Source of the DNA: Bacteroidales bacterium
GTDB taxonomy: Bacteria; Bacteroidota; Bacteroidia; Bacteroidales; JAAUTT01
Direction: 5' to 3'
DNA length: 43,764 nucleotides
NCBI GenBank assembly: GCA_025350365.1
Contig: JANXXY010000224.1
Coordinates: 1 to 43,764, forward strand
Part shown: positions 9,513 through 17,668 of the stretch, piece by piece
Layout: every line of letters begins with the position of its first letter
Numbering within the stretch: the stretch's first letter is position 1
Translations under genes and position numbers: made by a program
Notes under the pieces: model-generated
Database searches by the model: none
The model's input: the letters and a program-made list of their open reading frames with translations, nothing else
What the model was told of the DNA's origin: nothing

Positions 9513-10889
9513 ATGAATACAATTATTGCTATATCTCTTCTTGGTGTTATCACATTATTTCTGGGAATTTTTAATCTCAAGCGGTGGCTTCTACCAGTAA
9601 TAATAGCAGGCTTAGTCATTGCCCTTGGTTTGGATATAGCCGATTGGGGAACAACGACATATTACTTCAGTAACATGTTTTTTACTGATAAGTTTTATGT
9701 GTCGTTTGCTGGTTTGATGATTGTTGCAACCATTGTAACCTTTCTTATTTCGGCTCAGTATTATAAAGAAGAAACCCGAAGCCTCGAAGGTATTTTCGCT
9801 ATTATACTTTTCTCGCTGGTTGGCGGACTTATTATGATTTCGTCAGGTAATCTGGCTACTTTCTTTATCGGGTTGGAGATACTTTCTATCTCTTTATACT
9901 TACTTGCCGGAAGTCATAAAAATTCCAGTTTCTCCAACGAAGCTGCTATGAAATACTTTCTCATGGGATCGTTCGCCTCCGCATTTTTGTTGTTTGGTAT
10001 CGCGTTGGTTTATGGAGCAACGGGGTCGCTATACAATAAAGATATTGCGCTGTTCATTAACACCAATGCCTGGAATTTGAGTTCGTTGTTAAAGGCAGGA
10101 GTTTTTCTAATTTCCGTTGGCATGGCGTTTAAGGTTGCCGCTGTTCCATTTCATTTTTGGGCTCCCGATGTGTATCATGGATCGCCCACATTGATTACCT
10201 CTTATATGATTACGGTTGTAAAGGCTGCAGGTTTTGCTGCTTTTCTCCGGTTAACCACTACCTGCTTCGGGTTGGATACCGATTTATGGGCGCAAAACAT
10301 TGCTATTATTGCCGCATTATCTATTATTGTTGGCAATATAGGAGCACTATCTCAAACACGGACCAAACGGATGCTTGCCTATTCAAGTATCGCACATACC
10401 GGTTACATTCTAATTGTATTAGTGGCTGCTCAAAAATCAGCTTCAGCAGTGTTGTTTTATTATTCTATTGCCTATATACTTTCCAATCTTTCGGCATTTA
10501 TTGTAGTGATTATGGTTAAAAAATCGACAGGGAGCTCAGGCATCGATTCATTCAACGGATTGGCAAAGGTTAATCCTGTGGTTGCTTTGTGCGCGGCAAT
10601 TTCTTTTTTATCGCTTGCAGGTATTCCCCCATTGGCCGGGTTTATGGCAAAGTATATAGTTTTTACCTCGGCGCTTTTGCAAGGTTATATCTGGTTAGTG
10701 GTTATTGCCATTATAGGATCAATTATCAGTATTTTCTATTATTTCCGACCAATTATCAATATGTATATGAAAAAGCCTGATTACGAACAGATTGATACAC
10801 CAAAATTATCGATGGTTGTTCTGGTTATTCTCACCATTTTAACTGTTGTTATTGGCTTTGTGCCAGGGTTAATTTTGAGCTGGATGTAA
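9513..10889 (+). CDS. nuoN: NADH-quinone oxidoreductase subunit N
   Basis: EAAMKYF, FKVAAVPFHFWAPDVYHGSPT, KRMLAYSSIAH, SLAGIPPLAGFMAK. Confidence 0.98.
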   Translation: MNTIIAISLLGVITLFLGIFNLKRWLLPVIIAGLVIALGLDIADWGTTTYYFSNMFFTDKFYVSFAGLMIVATIVTFLISAQYYKEETRSLEGIFAIILFSLVGGLIMISSGNLATFFIGLEILSISLYLLAGSHKNSSFSNEAAMKYFLMGSFASAFLLFGIALVYGATGSLYNKDIALFINTNAWNLSSLLKAGVFLISVGMAFKVAAVPFHFWAPDVYHGSPTLITSYMITVVKAAGFAAFLRLTTTCFGLDTDLWAQNIAIIAALSIIVGNIGALSQTRTKRMLAYSSIAHTGYILIVLVAAQKSASAVLFYYSIAYILSNLSAFIVVIMVKKSTGSSGIDSFNGLAKVNPVVALCAAISFLSLAGIPPLAGFMAKYIVFTSALLQGYIWLVVIAIIGSIISIFYYFRPIINMYMKKPDYEQIDTPKLSMVVLVILTILTVVIGFVPGLILSWM

Positions 10890-10906
10890 ATCGTATTTGT
10901 ATCCTT

Positions 10907-11338
10907 TTATCCCATATTTCCGGTAAGCAGCATCTTGTAAAATATATACATCGTCTGAAAGATCAGATTTTTGAATGTGATCAGAAAAAGGAGTAACGAA
11001 AGTGTAATATCAACGTTTGTAATTAGTTTAAGTGTAATACTCGATTTACGAACCAGCATAATTGCAAACAAACGCATCAACAGTTGTAAAGCAAAGAATA
11101 AAAATACCGGAATACTGTTACGTTGAAATTCCATGGCATCGGTAAACCTTAATCTTACAATGGCAGAAAATCCGCGTGACATCCCACAGGTGGGACATTT
11201 CGACCCGAGCAATTCCTCGTGAATGCATTTCACAGGATGTTCATTTTTGTAAGGGTTGTATAGCCCGGAATAAATAAAAATTACCAGAATGATTCCCGCA
11301 AAAATAAAATTGATTAATAAGTAACTGCGTTTATCCAT
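10907..11338 (-). CDS. DUF2752-family membrane protein
   Basis: C..H..G.KCPTCGMSRGF motif flanked by hydrophobic helices. Confidence 0.8.
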   Translation of the reverse strand: MDKRSYLLINFIFAGIILVIFIYSGLYNPYKNEHPVKCIHEELLGSKCPTCGMSRGFSAIVRLRFTDAMEFQRNSIPVFLFFALQLLMRLFAIMLVRKSSITLKLITNVDITLSLLLFLITFKNLIFQTMYIFYKMLLTGNMG

Positions 11339-11360
11339 CCGGTTTTTCGATTAATGATAT

Positions 11361-12047
11361 TTATTTTTTAAGAGAGTCCAGGTCGTTTTCGTATTTTTTA
11401 TTCAGCTTGTTTAGTCGTTCCTGCTGATCTTCTGTAAAACTTGAAACTGTGGTTGCGAGTTTGGTGATGAGTTGCGTAAGTTTAAGAGACACCTCCGAAT
11501 AAGCCTGTATAGCTTTGGAATCGCCATTTTTTGATTTTTTCTGAAGATGAATCGTTTCTTTAATAAGTTTCTCATAACCTTCGAGGAATTTATTGAATTG
11601 CTCATCAGTCATAGGCTTGTTTATTTCAATTTTCAGCGCCCCACTATCGACTTTATTTTCGAGTTGTTCTAAAACTTTCTCCAGGTTGTTTCCGAATTCA
11701 GCCATATTTTCGTCAATCCCTTTGCCTGTTTCCTCTTCAATGGCATTTTCGATCTGGTTCTTGATCCAGGGAGCTTTATGCCCGATGGATGCAAAAACCA
11801 ATCCCCAAATAGCAGCAACTGAAGTACCTATAATAGAAATAACCAGTGCCGCGATAATTAAACCTTTGGCTCCGTTGCCCTTTGTTGCCTGATTGTAGGC
11901 AATAGCGCTAAATGTGATGGCAATTGCACCTGGTATCAGAGCTAATAAACCGATGCATGGAATAAAAGCAATAACCAGAGCAATAATTCCAAGGACAAGA
12001 CCAGCAATTCCTAATCCTTGACCGGCGTTTGATTTGTTGTTTTCCAT
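11361..12047 (-). CDS. DUF4190-like membrane protein with a C-terminal helical (DUF6591-like) domain
   Basis: LGIAGLVLGIIAL...GLIIAALVISIIG; start placed at ATG 12047, just downstream of a TACCTTTG box; the upstream extension in the ORF track reads through the promoter. Confidence 0.75.
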   Translation of the reverse strand: MENNKSNAGQGLGIAGLVLGIIALVIAFIPCIGLLALIPGAIAITFSAIAYNQATKGNGAKGLIIAALVISIIGTSVAAIWGLVFASIGHKAPWIKNQIENAIEEETGKGIDENMAEFGNNLEKVLEQLENKVDSGALKIEINKPMTDEQFNKFLEGYEKLIKETIHLQKKSKNGDSKAIQAYSEVSLKLTQLITKLATTVSSFTEDQQERLNKLNKKYENDLDSLKK

Positions 12048-12071
12048 AATAGATAATTGTTTAGCTGTTAA

Positions 12072-12110
12072 TATTATTCCAAAGGTAAGAAAAAGACAAT
12101 AGTAGTGTAT
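12072..12110. repeat. Left direct repeat of the decayed island; contains a minus-strand TACCTTTG -7 box (12080-12087)
   Basis: TATTATTCCAAAGGTAAGAAAAAGACAATAGTAGTGTAT matches 15632-15669 with one indel and one mismatch. Confidence 0.9.
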
Positions 12111-12346
12111 GGGTTCAGTCGGAAATGTTAGGGACTGCAAGACAAACAATTAAATCCGCAATGCATTAAACTGTAATTTCTAATGCTTTACAAAGTTAAT
12201 AATAAAATCCTCTACTGCCCCCTTGTTATAAGAACCTCAAATTCAATATTTATCTGTATTTTTTTAATGCTTCCCAAAAAAAATGTGCGATAAATTACCA
12301 ACCTTCTAACATTTTTGCCGTGTAAGTTTCCATAAATAAAAAGCTT

Positions 12347-12679
12347 ATGAAGGGGGAAAGTGTAATAAAAAAAATAGAAGAGAATTGGCTGTTTGCTTCG
12401 AGAAAATTAAATTTTGAAATAGTATGTCCATTTTTAATTAAGTCTGAGGGTATTGAAAAAAAGGTATTTGCTTTTCTACCAACCTATGGTTCAAAAAATG
12501 GAATGATTATTGATTTTATTTACCCCCCTGATTTTTATATTGATACTAAAATAATTAATTTGGCTAAAAAAAATGGATATTATTATAGTTTTATAAACCC
12601 AGATAAATTTTTAATCTATAATGAAGGAAATTTTATGGAAGCTTTAGAAGATTGGGGAAATTTTATGGAATTGAAATAA
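12347..12679 (+). CDS. Hypothetical protein, possible orphan immunity protein
   Basis: 110 aa AT-rich ORF with ATG after an A-rich leader; function inferred only from proximity to the RHS fragment. Confidence 0.6.
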   Translation: MKGESVIKKIEENWLFASRKLNFEIVCPFLIKSEGIEKKVFAFLPTYGSKNGMIIDFIYPPDFYIDTKIINLAKKNGYYYSFINPDKFLIYNEGNFMEALEDWGNFMELK

Positions 12680-12721
12680 TACTCTTCAGCTAGTAAAATG
12701 GGATTGTAAATTATAATTAAA

Positions 12722-13072
12722 ATGAACAGTTTAGAGATGGCGATGATCAAAAGTATTGCGAACAGCAATAAAGAGCAATACCCGTTTATTGAAAATCATT
12801 TACCTTACCTGAAAGTTAATCAGCGAAATCTGACAGGTGCTGGAATGTACGTTAATTTTGAATATTTACCCGAAGGAAAGTCTTTAATAAAATCTGAATA
12901 TGGTGATGGTATTCTTGGAAGCAATCAAATTGCTGAACTAAATACAATGAGCAACGGTTTGGGTTTTTCACTTGAATTAGAAAAAGGGGAAATAAAATAT
13001 TTGGAAATTTTTACTTATGGTGATGAGGCTTGGGATGGGACTTATAATTTGTTTACTTTAATTGATATTTAA
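12722..13072 (+). CDS. Hypothetical protein, possible orphan immunity protein
   Basis: 116 aa ORF with TGAGMYVNF and LEIFTYGDEAWDG segments; lies next to the RHS fragment. Confidence 0.65.
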   Translation: MNSLEMAMIKSIANSNKEQYPFIENHLPYLKVNQRNLTGAGMYVNFEYLPEGKSLIKSEYGDGILGSNQIAELNTMSNGLGFSLELEKGEIKYLEIFTYGDEAWDGTYNLFTLIDI

Positions 13073-13121
13073 AGGATTATACCCCCCGCTAACCGAAGTG
13101 TTCAGGAATAAATGAGCGGCT

Positions 13122-13172
13122 CGGCGAAGTTTCGTTAACTTCGCCGTATTAAATAGCGGTCTCCTGACCGCT
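13122..13172. repeat. Double-hairpin REP-like element
   Basis: CGGCGAAGTT-N5-AACTTCGCCG (13122-13146) and AGCGGTC-N4-GACCGCT (13155-13172), GC-rich in an AT-rich context. Confidence 0.75.
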
Positions 13173-13260
13173 GCAATAAAATACCGCTTAGTTTTGTAAA
13201 ATTGGTAAACTGTTATAGACCTGTTTTGTTCTGAAATCTCAGTATCATTTCTGGGGCGGA

Positions 13261-14199
13261 GTGGAAAAAACCATGCAGCGCCATCATTTTGATGCCTCCA
13301 ACTCCCTGGCTATCGAGCAGAATTTTCAATACGATCACTCAGGGCGGTTAAAATCAACTACCGAAAGTGTCAACGGGAAAACCCCTGTTACCACCTCACA
13401 AATGGTTTATAACGAACTGGGACAAGCGGCCGCCAAAAAACTAAATGATACTACGTCCGGTCAATGGCAAAAGGTCGATTATGCCTACAATATCCGCGGC
13501 TGGCTCACAGGTATAAATCCTCGTTTTAATCCTGTCGAAAACGACCTTTTTAGTCTGAAATTATACTATAACGATACGATAGGACCTTTACAGGGAGCGC
13601 CGCAGTTCAACGGCAACATCAGCGCCATGAAGTGGAAGAACAAGGCCGAAGTGGAAAGCGGCTACGAATATCAGGCTTATGGCTTCAATTACGACAAGCT
13701 CAATCGTCTCACATCCGGCAAACATGGCCTCTGCAATACCTCCGGCGTTTTTCCGGCTGAGTATATGGATCGCTATAACGAAGGGAACATTGATTACGAC
13801 AGTAATGGTAATATATTAAAATTAAACCGCACAGGCGGCTACAAAGATGTAAACGACATTCGGTTTGGGTTGTTGGATAGTTTGAAATACCAGTACCTGC
13901 CTAATAGCAACCAGTTAATGAATATTACCGACAATGCCAATGTGGACTCCTACGGCTACAATGACCGCAATAAAGACACCACTGACTTTGCATATGATGG
14001 CAATGGCAACCTTAGGCAATATAAGGACAAGAATATTAAAAGCATTGATTATAATTTCTTAAATTTACCAAAGAAAATTGTATTTGACAATGCCGATTCC
14101 ATCGTGTATATTTACGATGCCAATGGCAGTAAGCACATTAAAAAGTTCTTTGAAAAAGGCAAACAGATTGGAAACAATCTGGTTCACAACAAATGCTAA
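13261..14199 (+). pseudogene. Internal fragment of a Bacteroidota RHS/YD-repeat toxin
   Basis: YDHSGRL, YNELGQ, VDYAYNIRGWL, FNGNISAMKW, YDKLNRL, YDGNGNL, YNFLNLP; no N-terminal region, no PxxxxDPxG core end, no toxin tip. Confidence 0.85.
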
Positions 14200-14446
14200 A
14201 CATGAGGATATGCCTCAAAAATGGGCAAAGCGATAAATTACGAATTTTTATTGCAGATTATCAAAACGTTGCATAAAGAGAATATTGTCGTACACCCCCC
14301 TGGTAATAGCTTTTCCGTTGTTCTACAAACTTATTGTGATGCTCCTTTGCAAGCTGAAATTTAATTTGTATCTTTCTATTTATCCATAACCTTCAACAAG
14401 TTAGCCCTTATTTAATGAAAAATAAGCAGCATAAGATTTAAAATTA

Positions 14447-14454
14447 TATCTTTG
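14447..14454 (+). promoter_or_regulatory. Bacteroidota -7 promoter box of the TA operon
   Basis: TATCTTTG fits TAnnTTTG, about 20 nt upstream of the antitoxin ATG. Confidence 0.55.
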
Positions 14455-14475
14455 TTATCATTAAAGTTTTTTGAT

Positions 14476-14703
14476 ATGGAAAAAGATGTTTTAATAAAAA
14501 AGGCTATTAATAATATTCAACGGCTACCTGTCGCTAAAGTTAAGGAAGTTAATGATTTCGCTGAATTTTTATTAAATAAAATTGACGACCAGATGATAAC
14601 GGAAGGGTTTAAAAGGATTTCCTCTTCATCAAAGTCATTAGATTTTCTAAATAATGAACCTTATTTGTATACTGTAACAGATTTAAAAGTAAAATACAAG
14701 TGA
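14476..14703 (+). CDS. Putative type II antitoxin
   Basis: 75 aa; IQRLP..KVKEVNDFAEFLL and SLDFLNNEPYLYT..DLK; stop overlaps the toxin GTG. Confidence 0.75.
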   Translation: MEKDVLIKKAINNIQRLPVAKVKEVNDFAEFLLNKIDDQMITEGFKRISSSSKSLDFLNNEPYLYTVTDLKVKYK

Positions 14704-15026
14704 AAAAAGGTTCAATTGTATTGATTCCATTTCCTTTTACGGACTTAAAAGGCATTAAAAACAGACCAGCGGTAGTTTTATTTGCCAATGAATTGGATGT
14801 AACTATCTGTTTTATTACTTCAGAGCTTAAATGGCAAGAGGAATTTGATATTACTTAAACACCAACAGATACTAACGGATTAAAAACTACGTCTCTCATT
14901 AGGGTTTGCAAAATTGCGACTGTTGATACCGATTTGATACTTGGCGAGTTAGGTGAATTGACCCAAATTCAGATAAAAGAATTAAATAAAAACCTCATTA
15001 GTCTTCTGAAATTAAAAATCGGGTAG
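14700..15026 (+). pseudogene. mazF: PemK/MazF-family toxin with an in-frame stop (absent from the ORF track)
   Basis: MKKGSIVLIPFPFTDLKGIKNRPAVVL...FITS...DIT*TPTDTNGLKTTSLIRVCKIATV; TAA at 14856-14858, and the frame continues to TAG 15026. Confidence 0.88.
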
Positions 15027-15095
15027 GAGAAACGGGATTATTTCTCGTTTCGACCTCCCACACCACCATACGTGCCGTTCGGCATAAGGCAGTTT
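15018..15095 (-). mobile_element. Group II intron (class C-like) 3' remnant: domains V and VI
   Basis: Minus strand reads AAACTGCCTTATGCCGAACGGCACGTATGGTGGTGTGGGAGG...TTTCTCCTACCCGAT, the IIC domain V/VI and 3' end pattern; no RT gene. Confidence 0.85.
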
Positions 15096-15099
15096 ATCA

Positions 15100-15279
15100 G
15101 TTAAGATTTTACTTGACAAAATTCAGGCACAAGAAATAATTATTTCAAAGCTTGAGACAGAAAATGCCGAACTCCAATCTCGTTTAAATTTAAACAATCC
15201 CAATAGTAGCAAACCTCCTTCAACCGATGAATTGCACAAAAAAGCTATTGAACTTAATAAACTTACAGACTCTAATTAA
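15100..15279 (+). pseudogene. IS66-family transposase N-terminal fragment (DUF6444-like)
   Basis: Translates VKILLDKIQAQEIIISKLETENAELQSRLNLNNPNSSKPPSTD, a coiled coil plus NSSKPPSxD motif; no start codon, early stop. Confidence 0.75.
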
Positions 15280-15290
15280 TAAATTTGTAT

Positions 15291-15584
15291 ATGCGTATAA
15301 TCATTATACTTATTCTTTTTCTCTTTAGCTTCAAGTGTTATGCAAAGGAAACTCCTGATAGCCTAATAAGTAATTTATTTGATTTTTTAAATATGAAAGG
15401 GGAATTGCCCAAAGAGCTTAATCAAGATAAAAAAGGTGATTCCGATTTCTTTTATATACAAGATGTTCTTGGAGTAGGTAAAAATTATTCTCAAGAATAC
15501 GGAGTTTTTAAATTTCTTTGTAAATATAATGAAGAGTCTCATTATAATGTATTTATAAAAAAAGATAAAGCAATTGAGATTTAA
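15291..15584 (+). CDS. Hypothetical exported protein, possibly truncated
   Basis: Signal-peptide-like MRIIIILILFLFSFKCYA; ends 47 nt before the right direct repeat. Confidence 0.55.
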   Translation: MRIIIILILFLFSFKCYAKETPDSLISNLFDFLNMKGELPKELNQDKKGDSDFFYIQDVLGVGKNYSQEYGVFKFLCKYNEESHYNVFIKKDKAIEI

Positions 15585-15631
15585 TTACAAACATTCAAAT
15601 TCAAAAAAATAATGATCGGTTCAAAGTGTTG

Positions 15632-15669
15632 TATTATTCCAAAGGTAAGAAAAGACAATAGTCGTGTAT
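15632..15669. repeat. Right direct repeat of the decayed island
   Basis: TATTATTCCAAAGGTAAGAAAAGACAATAGTCGTGTAT, near-identical to 12072-12110. Confidence 0.9.
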
Positions 15670-15674
15670 CGGAT

Positions 15675-15709
15675 TTCATAATTCGTTGTTCGTAATTTGA
15701 TATTGGTAA
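15675..15709. repeat. Degenerate heptamer tandem repeat
   Basis: TTCATAA TTCGTTG TTCGTAA TTTGATA TTGGTAA. Confidence 0.55.
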
Positions 15710-15714
15710 AATAT

Positions 15715-16230
15715 TTACTTAAAGTTCCTCACAATCTCCAACATATCTTTTTCCAGAGTCGTTTTAGGAGTTTCGACAATTCTGTTTTCACGATTATTTG
15801 AATAAAAGATAAACGTTGGTACACGTTCAATTTTAAGATGAACCAGACTGAAGTGTGATGTCTTTTTCTGATGATCGACTGCAATAAACGTAACGTTTTT
15901 TTGATCGAAACCTACATTATCAAGAATCTTTAAAAAGTGTGGCACTTCTCGCTGACTGTCCGAGCACCACGAACCCATAATAACAAAAATCTTAAGATCG
16001 ACAGGTATTTTACGCTTTAACGATTTCATAGTTTTTTTATCTGGATTATAGTTGTCGTATCCCTCCTGGAACCAACTCTTGTATGGTGATGTGGTAAGAA
16101 TATCACGTGTGAAATATCCATATAAGATTTCAGACGAATCTTTTGGATCGATGATGGTTTGGTTAACGGGCTGGGCAAGAGCTGACGTTCCAAAAACAGT
16201 AACAAGCAATAAACCAATAAATATTTTCAT
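15715..16230 (-). CDS. Exported thioredoxin-family protein (CxxS type)
   Basis: Signal peptide ending SALA-Q, GSWCSDSQREVP active site, RVPTFIF cis-Pro motif; start placed at MKIF (16230). Confidence 0.85.
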   Translation of the reverse strand: MKIFIGLLLVTVFGTSALAQPVNQTIIDPKDSSEILYGYFTRDILTTSPYKSWFQEGYDNYNPDKKTMKSLKRKIPVDLKIFVIMGSWCSDSQREVPHFLKILDNVGFDQKNVTFIAVDHQKKTSHFSLVHLKIERVPTFIFYSNNRENRIVETPKTTLEKDMLEIVRNFK

Positions 16231-16313
16231 GTTGTTTTTATTGCGAAGATACAACACCTGAACTTAGATGCCAATTGTTCTATTTTGCCACTTTAAATTT
16301 CAAATAATTTAAT

Positions 16314-16647
16314 AGGTATAGGCGCTTAGACAACCTAAATTTAGTATGTATGCCTACTTTTAATAAATACGTCCTAAACCCAACGGGTTTAAATGTTTAT
16401 AGAAAATTTGCACAACAAGAAAATTTCGACTCCAACGGAGTCGTACATCAGAAGGGCTCGCTCATTTCTATAAACATATTAACCCTCCGGGTTAAAGAAC
16501 TAATTAACTTTTATAAATAAAGTTATTAACACAATCAATGTCCATCTATTGGGATGATGTTAGGTCACCATTAATAAACATGGATTTGGTTAAGTCTTTT
16601 CATTTATAGTCAATTAATTAAATTGAGCGGTCTAAACGCCTATACCT
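16314..16647. mobile_element. MITE-like element with 18 bp terminal inverted repeats
   Basis: AGGTATAGGCGCTTAGAC (16314-16331) and GTCTAAACGCCTATACCT (16630-16647), 17/18 match; no ORF; no clear target duplication. Confidence 0.7.
16375..16495. repeat. Three-hairpin REP/REPIN-like palindromic element
   Basis: 7 bp hairpins at 16375-16391, 16427-16443 and 16479-16495, plus a perfect 13 bp stem ATGTTTATAGAAA (16393-16405) / TTTCTATAAACAT (16465-16477). Confidence 0.85.
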
Positions 16648-16804
16648 GTAATTTAAAATTGTATATTCCAGACCATGAATGGTGAAGGCTGAAAAACAAC
16701 TGGTTCCATTTAGGGATTCAAGGTAAAATAGGCTTTTTTTCTAAAGTATTAAAGTAGAATTTGTTAATTTTTAGATTATTCAACGATATTTTTCATAATT
16801 AGTT

Positions 16805-16833
16805 TATATTTGCATAGTATATAAAGTACACTA
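16805..16833 (+). promoter_or_regulatory. -7 promoter box and adjacent candidate NrtR-family operator
   Basis: TATATTTG (16805-16812) followed by the imperfect palindrome TAGTATA-N5-TACACTA (16815-16833), one mismatch from AGTGT-N7-ACACT. Confidence 0.65.
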
Positions 16834-16863
16834 AGTAAATATAATTTGTTAACTAACTGATTA

Positions 16864-17613
16864 ATGACTATTTCACACAAGATTATTTCTAATATTTCAG
16901 TTGATTGTGTCATATTTGGTTTCGATTTTGAAAAGCTGAATGTATTATTGGTTGAAAGAGAACTTGTGGATGAAAAATCAGGTAGAATATTAATTAAAGA
17001 TTTTACATTAACCGGATATCATATTTTTGAAGACGAAGATCTGGATAAGGCTGCCTATCGCATATTAAAAGATCTTACAGGCTTTGAAAACATTTATCTT
17101 GAACAATTTACCGTTTTTGGCAAAACCGACAGGGTTTCGAATGAAAAGGATCAGATTTGGTTAACCTATTTAAATCAGGGGTTTTCTGAAAGAATCCTCA
17201 CTGTTGGTTACTTTTCTCTTATCGACAGTACTAAAGTTACCTTGTCACATAACGAACGAAAAATACACTGGTTTCCAATTGATGAGGCTCACAATCTCGA
17301 GTGGGCTTTCGATCATAAACAAATATTTATGAAAGCGTTGGAAGTATTGCGCAATAAAGTACGCACTGAACCTATTGCGTTCGAACTTTTACCGGAACGG
17401 TTTACTCTCACTCAGCTTCAGAAACTATATGAAGCAATTTACGGAACGCCAATCGATAAACGTAATTTCCGAAAAAAAATAGTACAGATGCCTTTCATTG
17501 TGGCGTTAAAAGTGAAACAAAAAGGTGTGCCGCATAAACCGGCGCAATTGTTTCTTTTTAGTCGCGAAGTATTTGAAAAAACAAAAAAGGAGCGTTTGGG
17601 ATTCTTGTTTTAA
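16864..17613 (+). CDS. NrtR-family transcriptional regulator (Nudix-like plus winged HTH)
   Basis: ISVDCVIFGF, IYLEQF..FG..DR, AFDH..I, FTLTQLQKLYEAI...DKRNFRKK, PAQLF. Confidence 0.93.
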   Translation: MTISHKIISNISVDCVIFGFDFEKLNVLLVERELVDEKSGRILIKDFTLTGYHIFEDEDLDKAAYRILKDLTGFENIYLEQFTVFGKTDRVSNEKDQIWLTYLNQGFSERILTVGYFSLIDSTKVTLSHNERKIHWFPIDEAHNLEWAFDHKQIFMKALEVLRNKVRTEPIAFELLPERFTLTQLQKLYEAIYGTPIDKRNFRKKIVQMPFIVALKVKQKGVPHKPAQLFLFSREVFEKTKKERLGFLF

Positions 17614-17668
17614 TTGCTAAATAAATAAAGTCTTTAATTATAATTTACTAACGATAAAACTATTTACT

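Noticed and set aside
12048-12149. N-terminal extension of the DUF4190 ORF
   Set aside because: It starts at TTG and reads through the promoter box and direct repeat; ATG 12047 fits better.
12287-14240. 12 bp match GCGATAAATTAC near 12287 and 14230 as element ends
   Set aside because: Short, AT-rich, does not extend, and does not coincide with clear boundaries.
14200-14400. Possible IS66 fragment (SKMGKAINY)
   Set aside because: Only a few residues resemble the transposase and the flanking translation does not support it.
15018-15095. Active group II intron, retron or DGR
   Set aside because: No reverse transcriptase, no domains I-IV, no template/variable repeat pair, and the triad is mutated.
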